Shown here: in pieces, positions 50,798-60,090 of the stretch
Numbering within the stretch: position 1 is the first letter of the stretch
Layout: the number at the start of each line of letters is the position of its first letter
DNA from: an uncultured delta proteobacterium
GTDB lineage: Bacteria; Desulfobacterota; Binatia; UBA9968
Assembly (NCBI GenBank): GCA_963816145.1
Contig: CAWFJP010000005.1
Location: forward strand, 128,001 to 192,000
Length of the DNA stretch: 64,000 nt
Direction of reading: 5' to 3'
Program-made: the position numbers and the translations under genes
Notes under the pieces: model-generated
The model's database searches: none
What the model was told of the DNA's origin: nothing
What the model saw: only the letters and a program-made list of their open reading frames with translations

Positions 50798-51643
50798 ATG
50801 CCCAGTGCAACTATCAAATTGTTCTTGGTTAACGGAGAGCCGAAACGTCTGCGAACCGCCGAGCTTTCAAACTGGACCGGCAAAGCCGTCGCCGGGCCGC
50901 GGAGCGAGTTGGATAGCGTGCTCGCTCGTGAAGAATCGCAGAAATCCGGCGTCTACTTTCTCACTGGTAACGACCCCGAGAGTGGGAAAGGTGCCGTCTA
51001 CATCGGCGAGGCCGAATGTGTTCGCGACCGATTGAAGAGCCATCTCGAAAAGGACTTCTGGAATCAGGTCGTCTTCTTCACGAGCAAAGATGAGAATCTT
51101 ACGAAAGCGCACATCCGATACCTCGAAGGTCGCCTAATCGAGCAATCCAGACAGGCCGCCAGGGCTATTGTCCAGAATGGCCAAAGCAGCGGTGCGCGCC
51201 TCCCTGAGTCAGACCGGGAGGATATGGAAATCTTCCTCGAGAAGGTTCATCAGCTCTTGCCAGTGCTGGGCGTCGAGGTGTTGGTTCCAGTTGCAGCACC
51301 GCCTAGCGCCATAACCGAGCGCGAGTTGCTCTTTTGTGAAATCAAAGGGCTCAAAGCGACCGGCCATTTGACGCCCAACGGGTTTGTAGTGCTGGCCGGC
51401 TCGCAGGCTGTTCTCACTGAACGCCCGTCATCGCAGAAGTATCCCTGGCCGCTCAATATGCGCCAAAAACTAAAAGAGGAAGGTATTCTTGTGGCGAAGC
51501 CCGATCACCTCGTGTTCAGTCGGGATGCGGAGTTTTCCAGTCCCAGTGCAGGGGCTGCCGTTATTCATGGCGGGCACGCCAACGGGCTCATCGCGTGGAA
51601 GAACAAGCACGGCAAGACACTGAAGGAGCTTGAGTCCGCATGA
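50798..51643 (+). CDS. GIY-YIG nuclease + DUF4357 protein (gene cassette)
   Basis: GVYFL...VYIGEAE...RL..H...DFW...LTKAH.RYLE; C-terminal FSSPSAGA.VI.G..ANG...WK. Confidence 0.88.
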   Translation: MPSATIKLFLVNGEPKRLRTAELSNWTGKAVAGPRSELDSVLAREESQKSGVYFLTGNDPESGKGAVYIGEAECVRDRLKSHLEKDFWNQVVFFTSKDENLTKAHIRYLEGRLIEQSRQAARAIVQNGQSSGARLPESDREDMEIFLEKVHQLLPVLGVEVLVPVAAPPSAITERELLFCEIKGLKATGHLTPNGFVVLAGSQAVLTERPSSQKYPWPLNMRQKLKEEGILVAKPDHLVFSRDAEFSSPSAGAAVIHGGHANGLIAWKNKHGKTLKELESA

Positions 51644-51656
51644 GCAGCGAGATCGA

Positions 51657-51716
51657 GCCTAACCAACGGGTTGAGAAGGACGCGGCGGACCGCGCGTCTC
51701 ACCCATAACGTTAGCT
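51657..51716 (+). mobile_element. Integron attC site
   Basis: R'' GCCTAAC; L'' GGGTTGAGA vs L' TCTCACCC (one extrahelical base); GC stem CGCGG-CGGA-CCGCG; R' GTTAGCT. Confidence 0.88.
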
Positions 51717-51832
51717 GCCAGGGAAGTGTTGCACAACCGATATGGAGCCCCGATATGATGCCAGCTCTTGCAAGCATGCACCGAGCTTGGTTTTGGCTCT
51801 CTTGCTTCTTATTCGATAATTCCTTCATTTTT

Positions 51833-52261
51833 TCACCCGCTGACGTAGCGCACGAGTTGTTCGATTATGAACTGCTGGTCGGCGATGATCGACTTTACGA
51901 TATCGCCGATGGATATCAGACCAACGAGTTTTCCGTCTTCGATGACGGGAAGATGGCGGGTGCGTTTTTCGGTCATCAGCGACATGCATTCTTCGATCGG
52001 TTGGTCGAGGTGAATATACACGACCGGGCTGGTCATGATTTCTTTGACTAACGTGGTCGGAGAGGCGCGGCCGTGGAGAACAATTTTGCGGGCGTAATCG
52101 CGCTCGGATATGAGGCCGACGATTTGCCCGCCTTGCATGACCACCAGGGCGCCGACTTCCTTTTCCGCCATGCGTTGGAGCGCATCGAACACCGTCGCAT
52201 CGGGCTCGACGCACCAAACATCGGTTCCTTTAGTCTTTAGGATATCTCTGACTGTCTGCAT
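51833..52261 (-). CDS. CBS domain-containing protein
   Basis: RBS GGAGG; VGALVV, SERDYAR, RHLPV, SIGDIVK. Confidence 0.93.
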   Translation of the reverse strand: MQTVRDILKTKGTDVWCVEPDATVFDALQRMAEKEVGALVVMQGGQIVGLISERDYARKIVLHGRASPTTLVKEIMTSPVVYIHLDQPIEECMSLMTEKRTRHLPVIEDGKLVGLISIGDIVKSIIADQQFIIEQLVRYVSG

Positions 52262-52317
52262 GGGAGACCTCCGTTCGACGCGATAGGGATCTGCGTTGAT
52301 ATAAAAAAGGCGAAGGG

Positions 52318-52584
52318 TTAGTCATCTTCCCAAGGCATCTTTGGCAGTTTGTCGAGGCGTTCGACGAAGCGGTTGAGGTTGAAGGATTGCTGGTTCTTCA
52401 GGACGTCAAAGATCTCCGACGCGACCACAGCGCCGACCATTTGCTTTGCTTCTTTGATTGAGTGGCCCGCCGCAAGAAGACGCTTCAAGGTTTGTTGTGT
52501 CTGCGGTGGATCGTTGTTGCGGAGCTGATTTTCCACCGCTTCCATGACCGCGGCTTGGGCGTATCGATTTACTTTCGGCTTCAT
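52318..52584 (-). CDS. Conserved hypothetical protein
   Basis: 88 aa, VENQL...DPP..TL.RL...G pattern; co-oriented with neighbours. Confidence 0.65.
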   Translation of the reverse strand: MKPKVNRYAQAAVMEAVENQLRNNDPPQTQQTLKRLLAAGHSIKEAKQMVGAVVASEIFDVLKNQQSFNLNRFVERLDKLPKMPWEDD

Positions 52585-52686
52585 CTTGCTTCGTCGCGAG
52601 CGTTATTTAATTGGGCCTTCGAAGCTTTGACAACTCGATCTTGAGCGGCTTCGGGCTTGGTCTTGCTTAGGTACCTATTCTAGTTT

Positions 52687-53787
52687 TCAACTTACCTGAT
52701 AAAACCGCAGCGCGTTCCCGCCAAGGATCGCCGCTTTATCCTCATCGCTGAGTCCTTCGTATTCCTCCACCTCTTCGATCTCGTGCAGGATGTCTTGCGG
52801 GCCGATTTCGTGGGGGAAGTCGCTGGCGAAGAGGAAGTGGTTGTTGCCGGAGCGTTTGACCTGGTAGTCGAGGCCCACCTCGCCGCCTTCGCAGCCGATG
52901 TAGACGTTGGGATTCTTGAGATACTCGCTGGGCTTTTTCTGCATCGACGGGCCTTTGTAGCGTTCGCGCAGGTTGAGTTCGCCGAAGTAGTGGTGCGAAC
53001 GATCCATTCGATCCATCCAGAAGGTCGCCCAGGCGGCGCCGCCTTCGAGAAAGCCGATGCGCAGTTTGGGGAACTGATCGAAGACGCCGTGATAGACCAT
53101 GCCGGAAAATGCGATAATCAACGACAGCGGATGTCCCAGGCCATGGATCGGCACGAAGTTTTCAAAAGTGTCGATGCCCATGCCGTGATGGCAACCGCCG
53201 TGGACGGCGAGGGCGCAGCCTAGCTTTTCCGCTTCGGCGTAAATCGGCCAATAGGTGCGGTGGCCGAGGTCGAAGGGTAAGCCGCGCGACGGCAGCATCG
53301 CGCCGGGCATGCCCAGCTCTTTCACGGCGCGGCGTAGTTCGTTGACCGCTTCGCTGACATCCTGCATCGGAATCAACGCCATGCCTTTGAGCTTGGGGCT
53401 GCGCTTCATGTAGCGGTCGTGCAGCCAGTTGTTGTACGCGCGGGCGACGACGCAGGCCCAGTCAGGATGGACTATGTTGCCCATGGCGAGACCGACGGTG
53501 GGGTAGAGAAAGGCGTATTCGAACTTCGATACCTCCAGGAACTGAACCCATTCCTCCGGGCCGACGCGCTTGCCGCCGCCGAAAGCGCGGTCGCTGCGTT
53601 TGAAGGTTGCCAGGTGAAGAAAGTCTAAAGTCGGAAAGACATTGCCGAGAACATTGCGGATCGGTCCGATGATGCCGCCTTGGGTTCGGCAACTGCGATA
53701 GGGTTCCTCAAGAAAATCCATGAGGGTTTCGTCTTCGATGACATGGCCGTCGGCGTCGATCAATCTCGGTTCCATGGGGATCTCCAT
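52687..53787 (-). CDS. Amidohydrolase_2 family protein
   Basis: IDADGH, LYPT, AYNNW, AVHGG, FLEGG, FASDFPH, GGNALRFY. Confidence 0.9.
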   Translation of the reverse strand: MEIPMEPRLIDADGHVIEDETLMDFLEEPYRSCRTQGGIIGPIRNVLGNVFPTLDFLHLATFKRSDRAFGGGKRVGPEEWVQFLEVSKFEYAFLYPTVGLAMGNIVHPDWACVVARAYNNWLHDRYMKRSPKLKGMALIPMQDVSEAVNELRRAVKELGMPGAMLPSRGLPFDLGHRTYWPIYAEAEKLGCALAVHGGCHHGMGIDTFENFVPIHGLGHPLSLIIAFSGMVYHGVFDQFPKLRIGFLEGGAAWATFWMDRMDRSHHYFGELNLRERYKGPSMQKKPSEYLKNPNVYIGCEGGEVGLDYQVKRSGNNHFLFASDFPHEIGPQDILHEIEEVEEYEGLSDEDKAAILGGNALRFYQVS

Positions 53788-53849
53788 AAAATGTTTTTCG
53801 GCTTTCTAGGGTTTTATGTGGATCACGTCTGTCGGTCAGACTGTTTTGT

Positions 53850-53930
53850 TCACCACGAAGATCACGAAGGGCACGAAGCGGTTGGATAAATTATTTTCCG
53901 AACTTCGTGATCTTCGTGTCCTTCGTGGTA
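53850..53930. repeat. Inverted clusters of 9-bp period CACGAAG/CTTCGTG repeats
   Basis: 3 units on each arm. Confidence 0.85.
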
Positions 53931-53943
53931 AGTCATGGTCTGC

Positions 53944-54918
53944 CTATTTACACAACGCCCGTGCGGCTTCGACGATCCGTTCCGCCATCGGCGTGACGTA
54001 GTCCTCCAATGGCACGGCGTAGGGCACCGGTACCGGAGGGATCGACACGCGTTTGATCGGCGCGCGCAGACTGGCGAAGCCTTCGTCGGCGATGATCGCG
54101 GCGAGGCCGGCGGCGACGCCGCAATTATCATGGCTCTCGTCGGTGATCAGCACACGGCCGGTTTTTTTCACCGACGCGAGCAGCGCCGGTTTGTCCAATG
54201 GCTGCAACGTGCGCGGGTCGATGACTTCGGCGGCGATGCCGTCTTTCGCTAGAATTTGAGCGGCGGCCAAGGCGCGCGGCACTTGAATTGATGTTGCGAT
54301 GATCGTCAGGTCTTTGCCGGCGCGTTTGATGTCGGCTTTGCCGAGCGGGATTTCGTAGGCGCCGTCGGGCACGACGCCCTTGTTGTCCAATAAGCGGTCA
54401 TGGCCGAAGAAGATAGTCGGATCTTTGCTCTTAGTCAGCACGGTGCGCATCAACCCTTTGGCATCGGCGGGCGTCGACGGCATGATCACCTGCAAGCCCG
54501 GTGTGTTCCAGTACCAGGACTGCGGGCTGCCGGAGTGCTGCACGCCGCCGCCGCCGCGAATGCCGAACTTCAAATAAAAAACCACCGGCACATTGGTTTG
54601 CCCGCCGGAGTTGGAGTAGGCGATCGCCGCTTCGTTGACGATCTGCGGGATCGCTTCGTAAGAAAAAGTCGCAGTGCTGATGTCGACCAAAGGGCGCAGG
54701 CCGGCCATGGCGGCGCCGATAGCAATGCCGCAGAAGCCGATCTCGGCAATGGGCGGGTATTTGATCCGCGCCGCATATTTCTTCCGCAGCGCGGCGAGTT
54801 TTTCATGGCCGGCTTCGCCGGCGAAGCTCGGGTTGAACAGCACAATCCGCGGGTCTTGCTCCGCGACTTCATCGATGGCGGCCAGGAGCGCTTCACCAAA
54901 AGTCATTTCCTGTGGCAT
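53944..54918 (-). CDS. TPP-dependent 2-oxoacid/acetoin dehydrogenase E1 beta-like subunit
   Basis: PIAEIGF.G.A.GAA, QHS, PSTPADAKGL, IDPRTL.PLD, LRAPIKRV. Confidence 0.92.
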   Translation of the reverse strand: MPQEMTFGEALLAAIDEVAEQDPRIVLFNPSFAGEAGHEKLAALRKKYAARIKYPPIAEIGFCGIAIGAAMAGLRPLVDISTATFSYEAIPQIVNEAAIAYSNSGGQTNVPVVFYLKFGIRGGGGVQHSGSPQSWYWNTPGLQVIMPSTPADAKGLMRTVLTKSKDPTIFFGHDRLLDNKGVVPDGAYEIPLGKADIKRAGKDLTIIATSIQVPRALAAAQILAKDGIAAEVIDPRTLQPLDKPALLASVKKTGRVLITDESHDNCGVAAGLAAIIADEGFASLRAPIKRVSIPPVPVPYAVPLEDYVTPMAERIVEAARALCK

Positions 54919-54921
54919 GGC

Positions 54922-55938
54922 TTAGTTTCCTTCCCCGGCAAATGCGTATTTGACGGCATCCTGTGCCGACGGCAGCGGGCTTTCGAGCGCGAACATAGCC
55001 GCCTCATCCGCTTGTTTGCGCACCTCGGCATCGATCTTTTCCAATTCGGCGCGGCTGACGCCGGCGCCGGCCAACTCGCGCACGTAATTCAAGATCGGAT
55101 CGTGGTTTTTGTGCCAGTCGCGCACTTTTTCCGGCGCGCCGCTCACGTCCCAGGCCCAGGCGATGTCGGTAATGCCGCCGACCAGTTTCGGCATGTTGAA
55201 AGCGTTACCGGGCCACAGGTGCGTGCGCGCTTCGACGAACAGCGGGCCTTGGCCGGCGCGCACGCGGCTGACGATATCATTTGCCGTCTTGTGCACCGTG
55301 CCGACATCGATGCCGTCGATAACGGTGGCTTCGACATCGAGCGCTTTGGGAATATTCGTCAGTTCCAAAGCCGCGTGGCCGGCGCCGCGGCCGCTGCGCC
55401 GATAATTATTTTCCATCCAGAAGATCATCGGCAGCTGCCAGAGCTTGGCGATGTTCAACGCTTCGTAGAACACGCCTTCTTCCATAGCGCCGTCGCCGAA
55501 AAACACCACGGTGATAGCTTTCTCACCTTTGACTTGCGCGGCGTAGGCGGTGCCGCCGGCGAGCGCCAAGCAGCCGCCGACGATGGCGGAGGTGTGAATG
55601 ACGCCGACTTCAGGCGCGGCGACGTGAAACGTCCCGGCGCGCCCCTGGCAGTAGCCGGTGGCGCGGCCGATGATCTCGGCCAGGACTTTCTTGGGGTCGC
55701 CGCCCTTGGCGATGACATGGCCGTGGTTGCGATGGGTGGTGAAGACATAATCGTCGGGGTTCAACCAGTCGCATACCGACACGCCGGTGGCTTCCTGGCC
55801 GATGTAAACATGGAAGTGGCCGCGGATCAGGCCGGTGTGTTCGTCGTTGAAGCGGATGCAATGTTCTTCGGCACGCCGGATCATCAGCATCTTGCGCAGG
55901 ATGCCGAGCTGCCGGTCTCGAGAAATGTCGGGTAGCAT
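54922..55938 (-). CDS. TPP-dependent dehydrogenase E1 alpha-like subunit
   Basis: HVYIGQEA, THR.HGH, GDG...ENN TPP motif. Confidence 0.92.
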   Translation of the reverse strand: MLPDISRDRQLGILRKMLMIRRAEEHCIRFNDEHTGLIRGHFHVYIGQEATGVSVCDWLNPDDYVFTTHRNHGHVIAKGGDPKKVLAEIIGRATGYCQGRAGTFHVAAPEVGVIHTSAIVGGCLALAGGTAYAAQVKGEKAITVVFFGDGAMEEGVFYEALNIAKLWQLPMIFWMENNYRRSGRGAGHAALELTNIPKALDVEATVIDGIDVGTVHKTANDIVSRVRAGQGPLFVEARTHLWPGNAFNMPKLVGGITDIAWAWDVSGAPEKVRDWHKNHDPILNYVRELAGAGVSRAELEKIDAEVRKQADEAAMFALESPLPSAQDAVKYAFAGEGN

Positions 55939-56076
55939 GGGTACCTCCCTGGGTTAGTGGCCTTCGGTGCATACTTACTGCCGGTCTTCGAGAATTGCAA
56001 AGAGTGTTGAGATTAGTGAGTTGTTCCGTCTTGGGCGGTAGAATCTCCACCCTGTTAGTCGTTGATATAGATTAAC

Positions 56077-56169
56077 TCACCACGAAGGACACGAAGATCA
56101 CGAAGGAGGGACAAGGATTGCCTTGCCTGTGAACTCTAACCCTTCGTGTCCTTCGCGCCTTCGTGGTGA
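56077..56169. repeat. Inverted clusters of 9-bp period CACGAAG/CTTCGTG repeats
   Basis: 3 units on each arm. Confidence 0.85.
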
Positions 56170-56274
56170 AAATGAAAATTGTCATTGCGCGGATGGGCTC
56201 GCTTTACTTGAACTGGTTAGGGCTTTCCATTAGCGTTCTCGCAACATCTTCGAGAAAGTTGAGTCCTGATCGTC

Positions 56275-56613
56275 ATGAATTGTCCGAAATGCCAATCCGC
56301 CACATTGGCGGAGTTCAAACTGGAAGGCGTCGCAGTGGACCGCTGTTCCCGGTGCGACGGGATATGGTTCGACGCCCAGGAGCTCGGCGAGCTGTTGGCT
56401 GAAGATGCCAGGCTCGTGGCCGAATTGCGCCGCGGCTCGGTGGACGAATTCACCGATACAAAAAAAGGCCGTTGCCCGCGCGACTCTGCCGACCTCCTGC
56501 GAATTTACAGCGCCATCGATCGCAGCGTGACCTTGGACGCCTGCGCCGACTGCCATGGCATCTGGCTCGATGCCGGCGAATTCGCCAAGCTATTCGCGGC
56601 GCGCCGTCGATAG
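56275..56613 (+). CDS. zf-TFIIB-like double zinc-ribbon protein
   Basis: CPKC..DRCSRCDGIWFD.QEL and CPRD..DACADCHGIWLDAGE. Confidence 0.85.
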   Translation: MNCPKCQSATLAEFKLEGVAVDRCSRCDGIWFDAQELGELLAEDARLVAELRRGSVDEFTDTKKGRCPRDSADLLRIYSAIDRSVTLDACADCHGIWLDAGEFAKLFAARRR

Positions 56614-56817
56614 CGGAACATGCTTGTTTGCGTCGCCGTTCACATGTTAGAAGCCGAGAGAATATGATTGAGGAGAATGATGCGATGGCATACCGTGACG
56701 CAATGCCCATTTTGCTCTCGATGTGATCGCCATCGATCCGGGCGCGTAGTCGTGCGGCGCGCGAATTCCAAATTTCAAATTCCAGATTCCAAATTCGCAG
56801 ACCGCTGGGAGAATGAG

Positions 56818-57811
56818 ATGATGGTCGAAACTTTCGCTTTTGCTAAATCTATCGCCCGAGTGTCGCTGATTTCAGTTCTGTTGATATTCGCTGGCGCCGT
56901 CGATTAGCGAGGCGGCGCAGCCGGCGCGCGAGTTGAAAGAAGTAAAAGTCGCTTATCCGCCGTCGATGGCATCGGTGACTCTGATGACCGGGATCAAGCA
57001 GCATTTTTTCGACGAACAGGGGCTGCGGCCGGTGCTACTGGTTATCACCAGCGATCTGGCGCTGAAGAGCCAGGTGGTCGGCGAGATCGATTACACGTTG
57101 TTCGGCGGCGGCTCCGGTATGCTGGCGGCGGCGCAAGGATTGCCGATTAAAAACGTTCACTTTCCGCATAAGTTCGCCGATCTGACTTTGGTGGGAAGGC
57201 CGGAATACAAATCGGTCGCGCAGCTGCGCGGCAAGAAAGTCGGCGTCAGCAGCTTTTCCGGAGCGGTCTACAACTCCACCCGGGCCATGCTCTCGGCCGG
57301 CGGTTTGGACCCCGACAAGGATGTCATCATCATTCCGATGGGACGCGAACCGATCCGGCTCCAGGCACTCTTTTCCGGCAGCATCGATGCGGCGACGCTG
57401 CCGGTGCCGCTGCATGCCGTGGCGGAGGAGAAAGGTTTCAGCCTGCTTGCCGATATCGAAGGCAAATTCGAAGTGCCGTTCAGCGGTATTACCGTGACCG
57501 ATAAGAAACTCAGAGAGAATCCCGATGAGGTGAAACGTTTCATTCGCGCGATGGTGAAGGCCAGCGGGTATTTCCTGAGCCATCGCGGCGAGTCGGTGGC
57601 GCTTTACATGGACTGGCTGAAACTTTCGCGGCCGATCGCGGAGAGCGCCTACGTGCGCTCGCTTAAGACGGTGAGCCCAGACGGATTAGGAAAAGACAGT
57701 GCGATCAAGACTCAACTCGCGATCATCAAGCAGACTACCGGGAAAGATGTCAAGGCGGAGGATGTCATCGATTTTACCCTGCTGCGACAAGTCTTGGCGG
57801 AAGCGAAGTGA
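56818..57811 (+). CDS. NMT1/SsuA-like substrate-binding protein; frameshift in signal peptide near 56900
   Basis: Signal-like MMVET...LLIFAGA ends at TAG; the mature domain (SEAAQPARELKEVKVAYP) continues in another frame. Confidence 0.78.
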
Positions 57812-57843
57812 GCGCGGCAGCGGATAACCAAAAGGGACGGTGC

Positions 57844-58860
57844 ATGAAGATATTCTCGCTGCAGAGCTGGGTGGCAGTGCTGCTGGCTGCGATTGTATCT
57901 TCTGGATTCAGCCAAGCGGCGGCGCAAACGATCGCGACGAAGCTGGAAAAGAGCCGCTTGGAAGTCGCCATGGCGGGGACGGGTTCGACGAGCTTGCCGT
58001 TACTCGTGACGTTAGAGGCCGGCTATTTCACCAAGCGCGGTCTTGCGGTCAACCTCAATCAAGTGAGCGCCAGCGTCTCGGTGCAAGGCGTGATCTCCGG
58101 CACCATCGATATCTACCAAGGCGGCGCCGCGGCGATTGCCGGCAACCTCGCCGGCGCGGACATTATTTATGTCGCCGCCGCTGTCGATAAGAGCTCGCTC
58201 AATCTATTCGGTCAAAAGGGCATCACCAGCTTCGAAGCGCTGCGCGGCAAAGCGATCTCGACGACGTCGCCGGGCGCCTTTGGCGAGATCGCCGTGCGCG
58301 GCACGGCGCGCCGCTTGGGACTGGAAATAGGCAAGGATATCAAGCTGCTCTACCATCGCACGCCGGCTGAGGCGCTGTCGACATTTTTGCTTGGCAACGC
58401 CGAGGGCCTGGTCATCACACCGCCGCAGACCGATATGGCCAGGCAGAAGGGCTATCCGATGCTGATCGATTATTTCAAAGAAGGCTTCAAAATCATCGGG
58501 CCGGGCACGTCAGTGACGCGCGAATTCGCGCAAAGGAATCCCAACACACTCAAGGCCTACCTGATGGCTTATCTCGACGGCCTGCGCCGGACGATCGACG
58601 ATGAAGAATACGCCAAAAAGATCTGCGCGAAATATACCAAGTTAACCGACATGAATATTTTGACGGAAACCTACCAGCAGGGGCTGCGGGTGTGGAACCG
58701 CGACATGACCGTCGATCCGGCGGCGATCCGTAACGTGCTCGATGATTCTTCCGATCCGAAAGCGAAGAGCGCTGACCCGAAGCGGTTTTACGACAATGCG
58801 ATTATTCAGCAGGTCAATCGCGAGCACGCCGCGAAGTTGTTTCCGGGGGAAATGAAATAA
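57844..58860 (+). CDS. NMT1/SsuA-like substrate-binding protein
   Basis: Signal peptide; EAGYF.K.GL; LRGK; FYDN. Confidence 0.87.
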   Translation: MKIFSLQSWVAVLLAAIVSSGFSQAAAQTIATKLEKSRLEVAMAGTGSTSLPLLVTLEAGYFTKRGLAVNLNQVSASVSVQGVISGTIDIYQGGAAAIAGNLAGADIIYVAAAVDKSSLNLFGQKGITSFEALRGKAISTTSPGAFGEIAVRGTARRLGLEIGKDIKLLYHRTPAEALSTFLLGNAEGLVITPPQTDMARQKGYPMLIDYFKEGFKIIGPGTSVTREFAQRNPNTLKAYLMAYLDGLRRTIDDEEYAKKICAKYTKLTDMNILTETYQQGLRVWNRDMTVDPAAIRNVLDDSSDPKAKSADPKRFYDNAIIQQVNREHAAKLFPGEMK

Positions 58861-58965
58861 GAGGTAAGGGGTGAATGGTTAGGGGTAAGGGGTTTCGGAT
58901 GCCGCTCGGGGAGATTGTTCGCCGCATGGGAAGCTTTTGCACTGTCGTAGGAGGTTGAGGGGATC

Positions 58966-59973
58966 ATGGCAATGAAATTTTCGCTTCGTGGAATCGCTTC
59001 GGTAGCGGTGATGCTTGCGTTTTTAGTTGCCGACGCCGGCGCCCAGGCGGTCAAGCCGGAGAAGAAGAGTCTCGAGATCGCGATCGCGGCATTTGCGCAT
59101 ACGACCATGCCATTGTTGATAGCGCAGGAGGCGGGTTACTTCGCCAAATACGGCCTCAACGTGAATATCAGCGCAGTCAGCGCAGCTGTCGCGGTGCAGG
59201 GGTTGATATCGGGCAAGATCGACATTTATCAAGGCGGGTCGGCGGCGATGATGGCGACGCTCGCCGGCGCCGATATTATTTACGTCGCCGCGGGCGTCGA
59301 CAAGAGCTCTCTTATGCTGTTTGGCCAGAAGGGCGTCACCAGCTTCGACGCGCTGCGCGGCAAGACGGTCGCGACGACCTCGCCTGGCGCCTTCGGCGAG
59401 ATCGCCATGCGCATGATGGCGCGGAAAAACGGCATGGAAATTCCCAAAGACATTAAGCTGATGTTCCATGGCACGCCGGCGCAAGCGTATTCGACGTTTA
59501 CGCTGGGCAACTCCGATGGGATGATCAACACACCCCCGCAGAGCGATATGGCACGACAGAAAGGCTATCCGGTGATCATCGATTTTTACAAAGAGGGCTT
59601 GAAAATTATCGGCCCCGGCACGGCCGTGACCCGAGAGTTCTCACAAAAGAATCCTAACACTGTCAAAGCTTTTCTGATGGGGCTTTTGGAGGGCATCAAA
59701 CGCGCTTTCGATGACGAAGAATACGCCAGCAAGCTCGAATCGAAATATTCCAAAGTTACCGACCCGAAAATACTCGCGGAAAATTATCAACAAGGGCTAC
59801 GCGTGTGGAACAAGGACCTGACTGTCGATCCGGCGGCGATCCGTGTGGTGCTCGAAGACTCTCCGGATGGCAAGGGCAAGGGCGCCGATCCGAAGCGGTT
59901 CTACGATAATTCTTTTATTCAAGCGATCAACCGCGACTTCGCGTCGAAGTTGTTTCCCGGGGAAGTGAAGTGA
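58966..59973 (+). CDS. NMT1/SsuA-like substrate-binding protein (close tandem paralog of previous gene)
   Basis: Shares long identical stretches (IDIYQGG, TTSPGAFGEIA, YQQGLRVWN, KLFPGE). Confidence 0.88.
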   Translation: MAMKFSLRGIASVAVMLAFLVADAGAQAVKPEKKSLEIAIAAFAHTTMPLLIAQEAGYFAKYGLNVNISAVSAAVAVQGLISGKIDIYQGGSAAMMATLAGADIIYVAAGVDKSSLMLFGQKGVTSFDALRGKTVATTSPGAFGEIAMRMMARKNGMEIPKDIKLMFHGTPAQAYSTFTLGNSDGMINTPPQSDMARQKGYPVIIDFYKEGLKIIGPGTAVTREFSQKNPNTVKAFLMGLLEGIKRAFDDEEYASKLESKYSKVTDPKILAENYQQGLRVWNKDLTVDPAAIRVVLEDSPDGKGKGADPKRFYDNSFIQAINRDFASKLFPGEVK

Positions 59974-60090
59974 ATAGGCATGAGGCACGAGGCAATAGGC
60001 AACCGTAAGATGGCGCGGGTAACCACCCGTCTTGGTATGCTCTATAGTTACCTTTTTTTTGCGTTCTTTGCGGCCGGTCGCTTCGCCGAA

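Noticed and set aside
54400-55935. 511-aa plus-strand ORF
   Set aside because: Antisense shadow of the E1 alpha/beta genes
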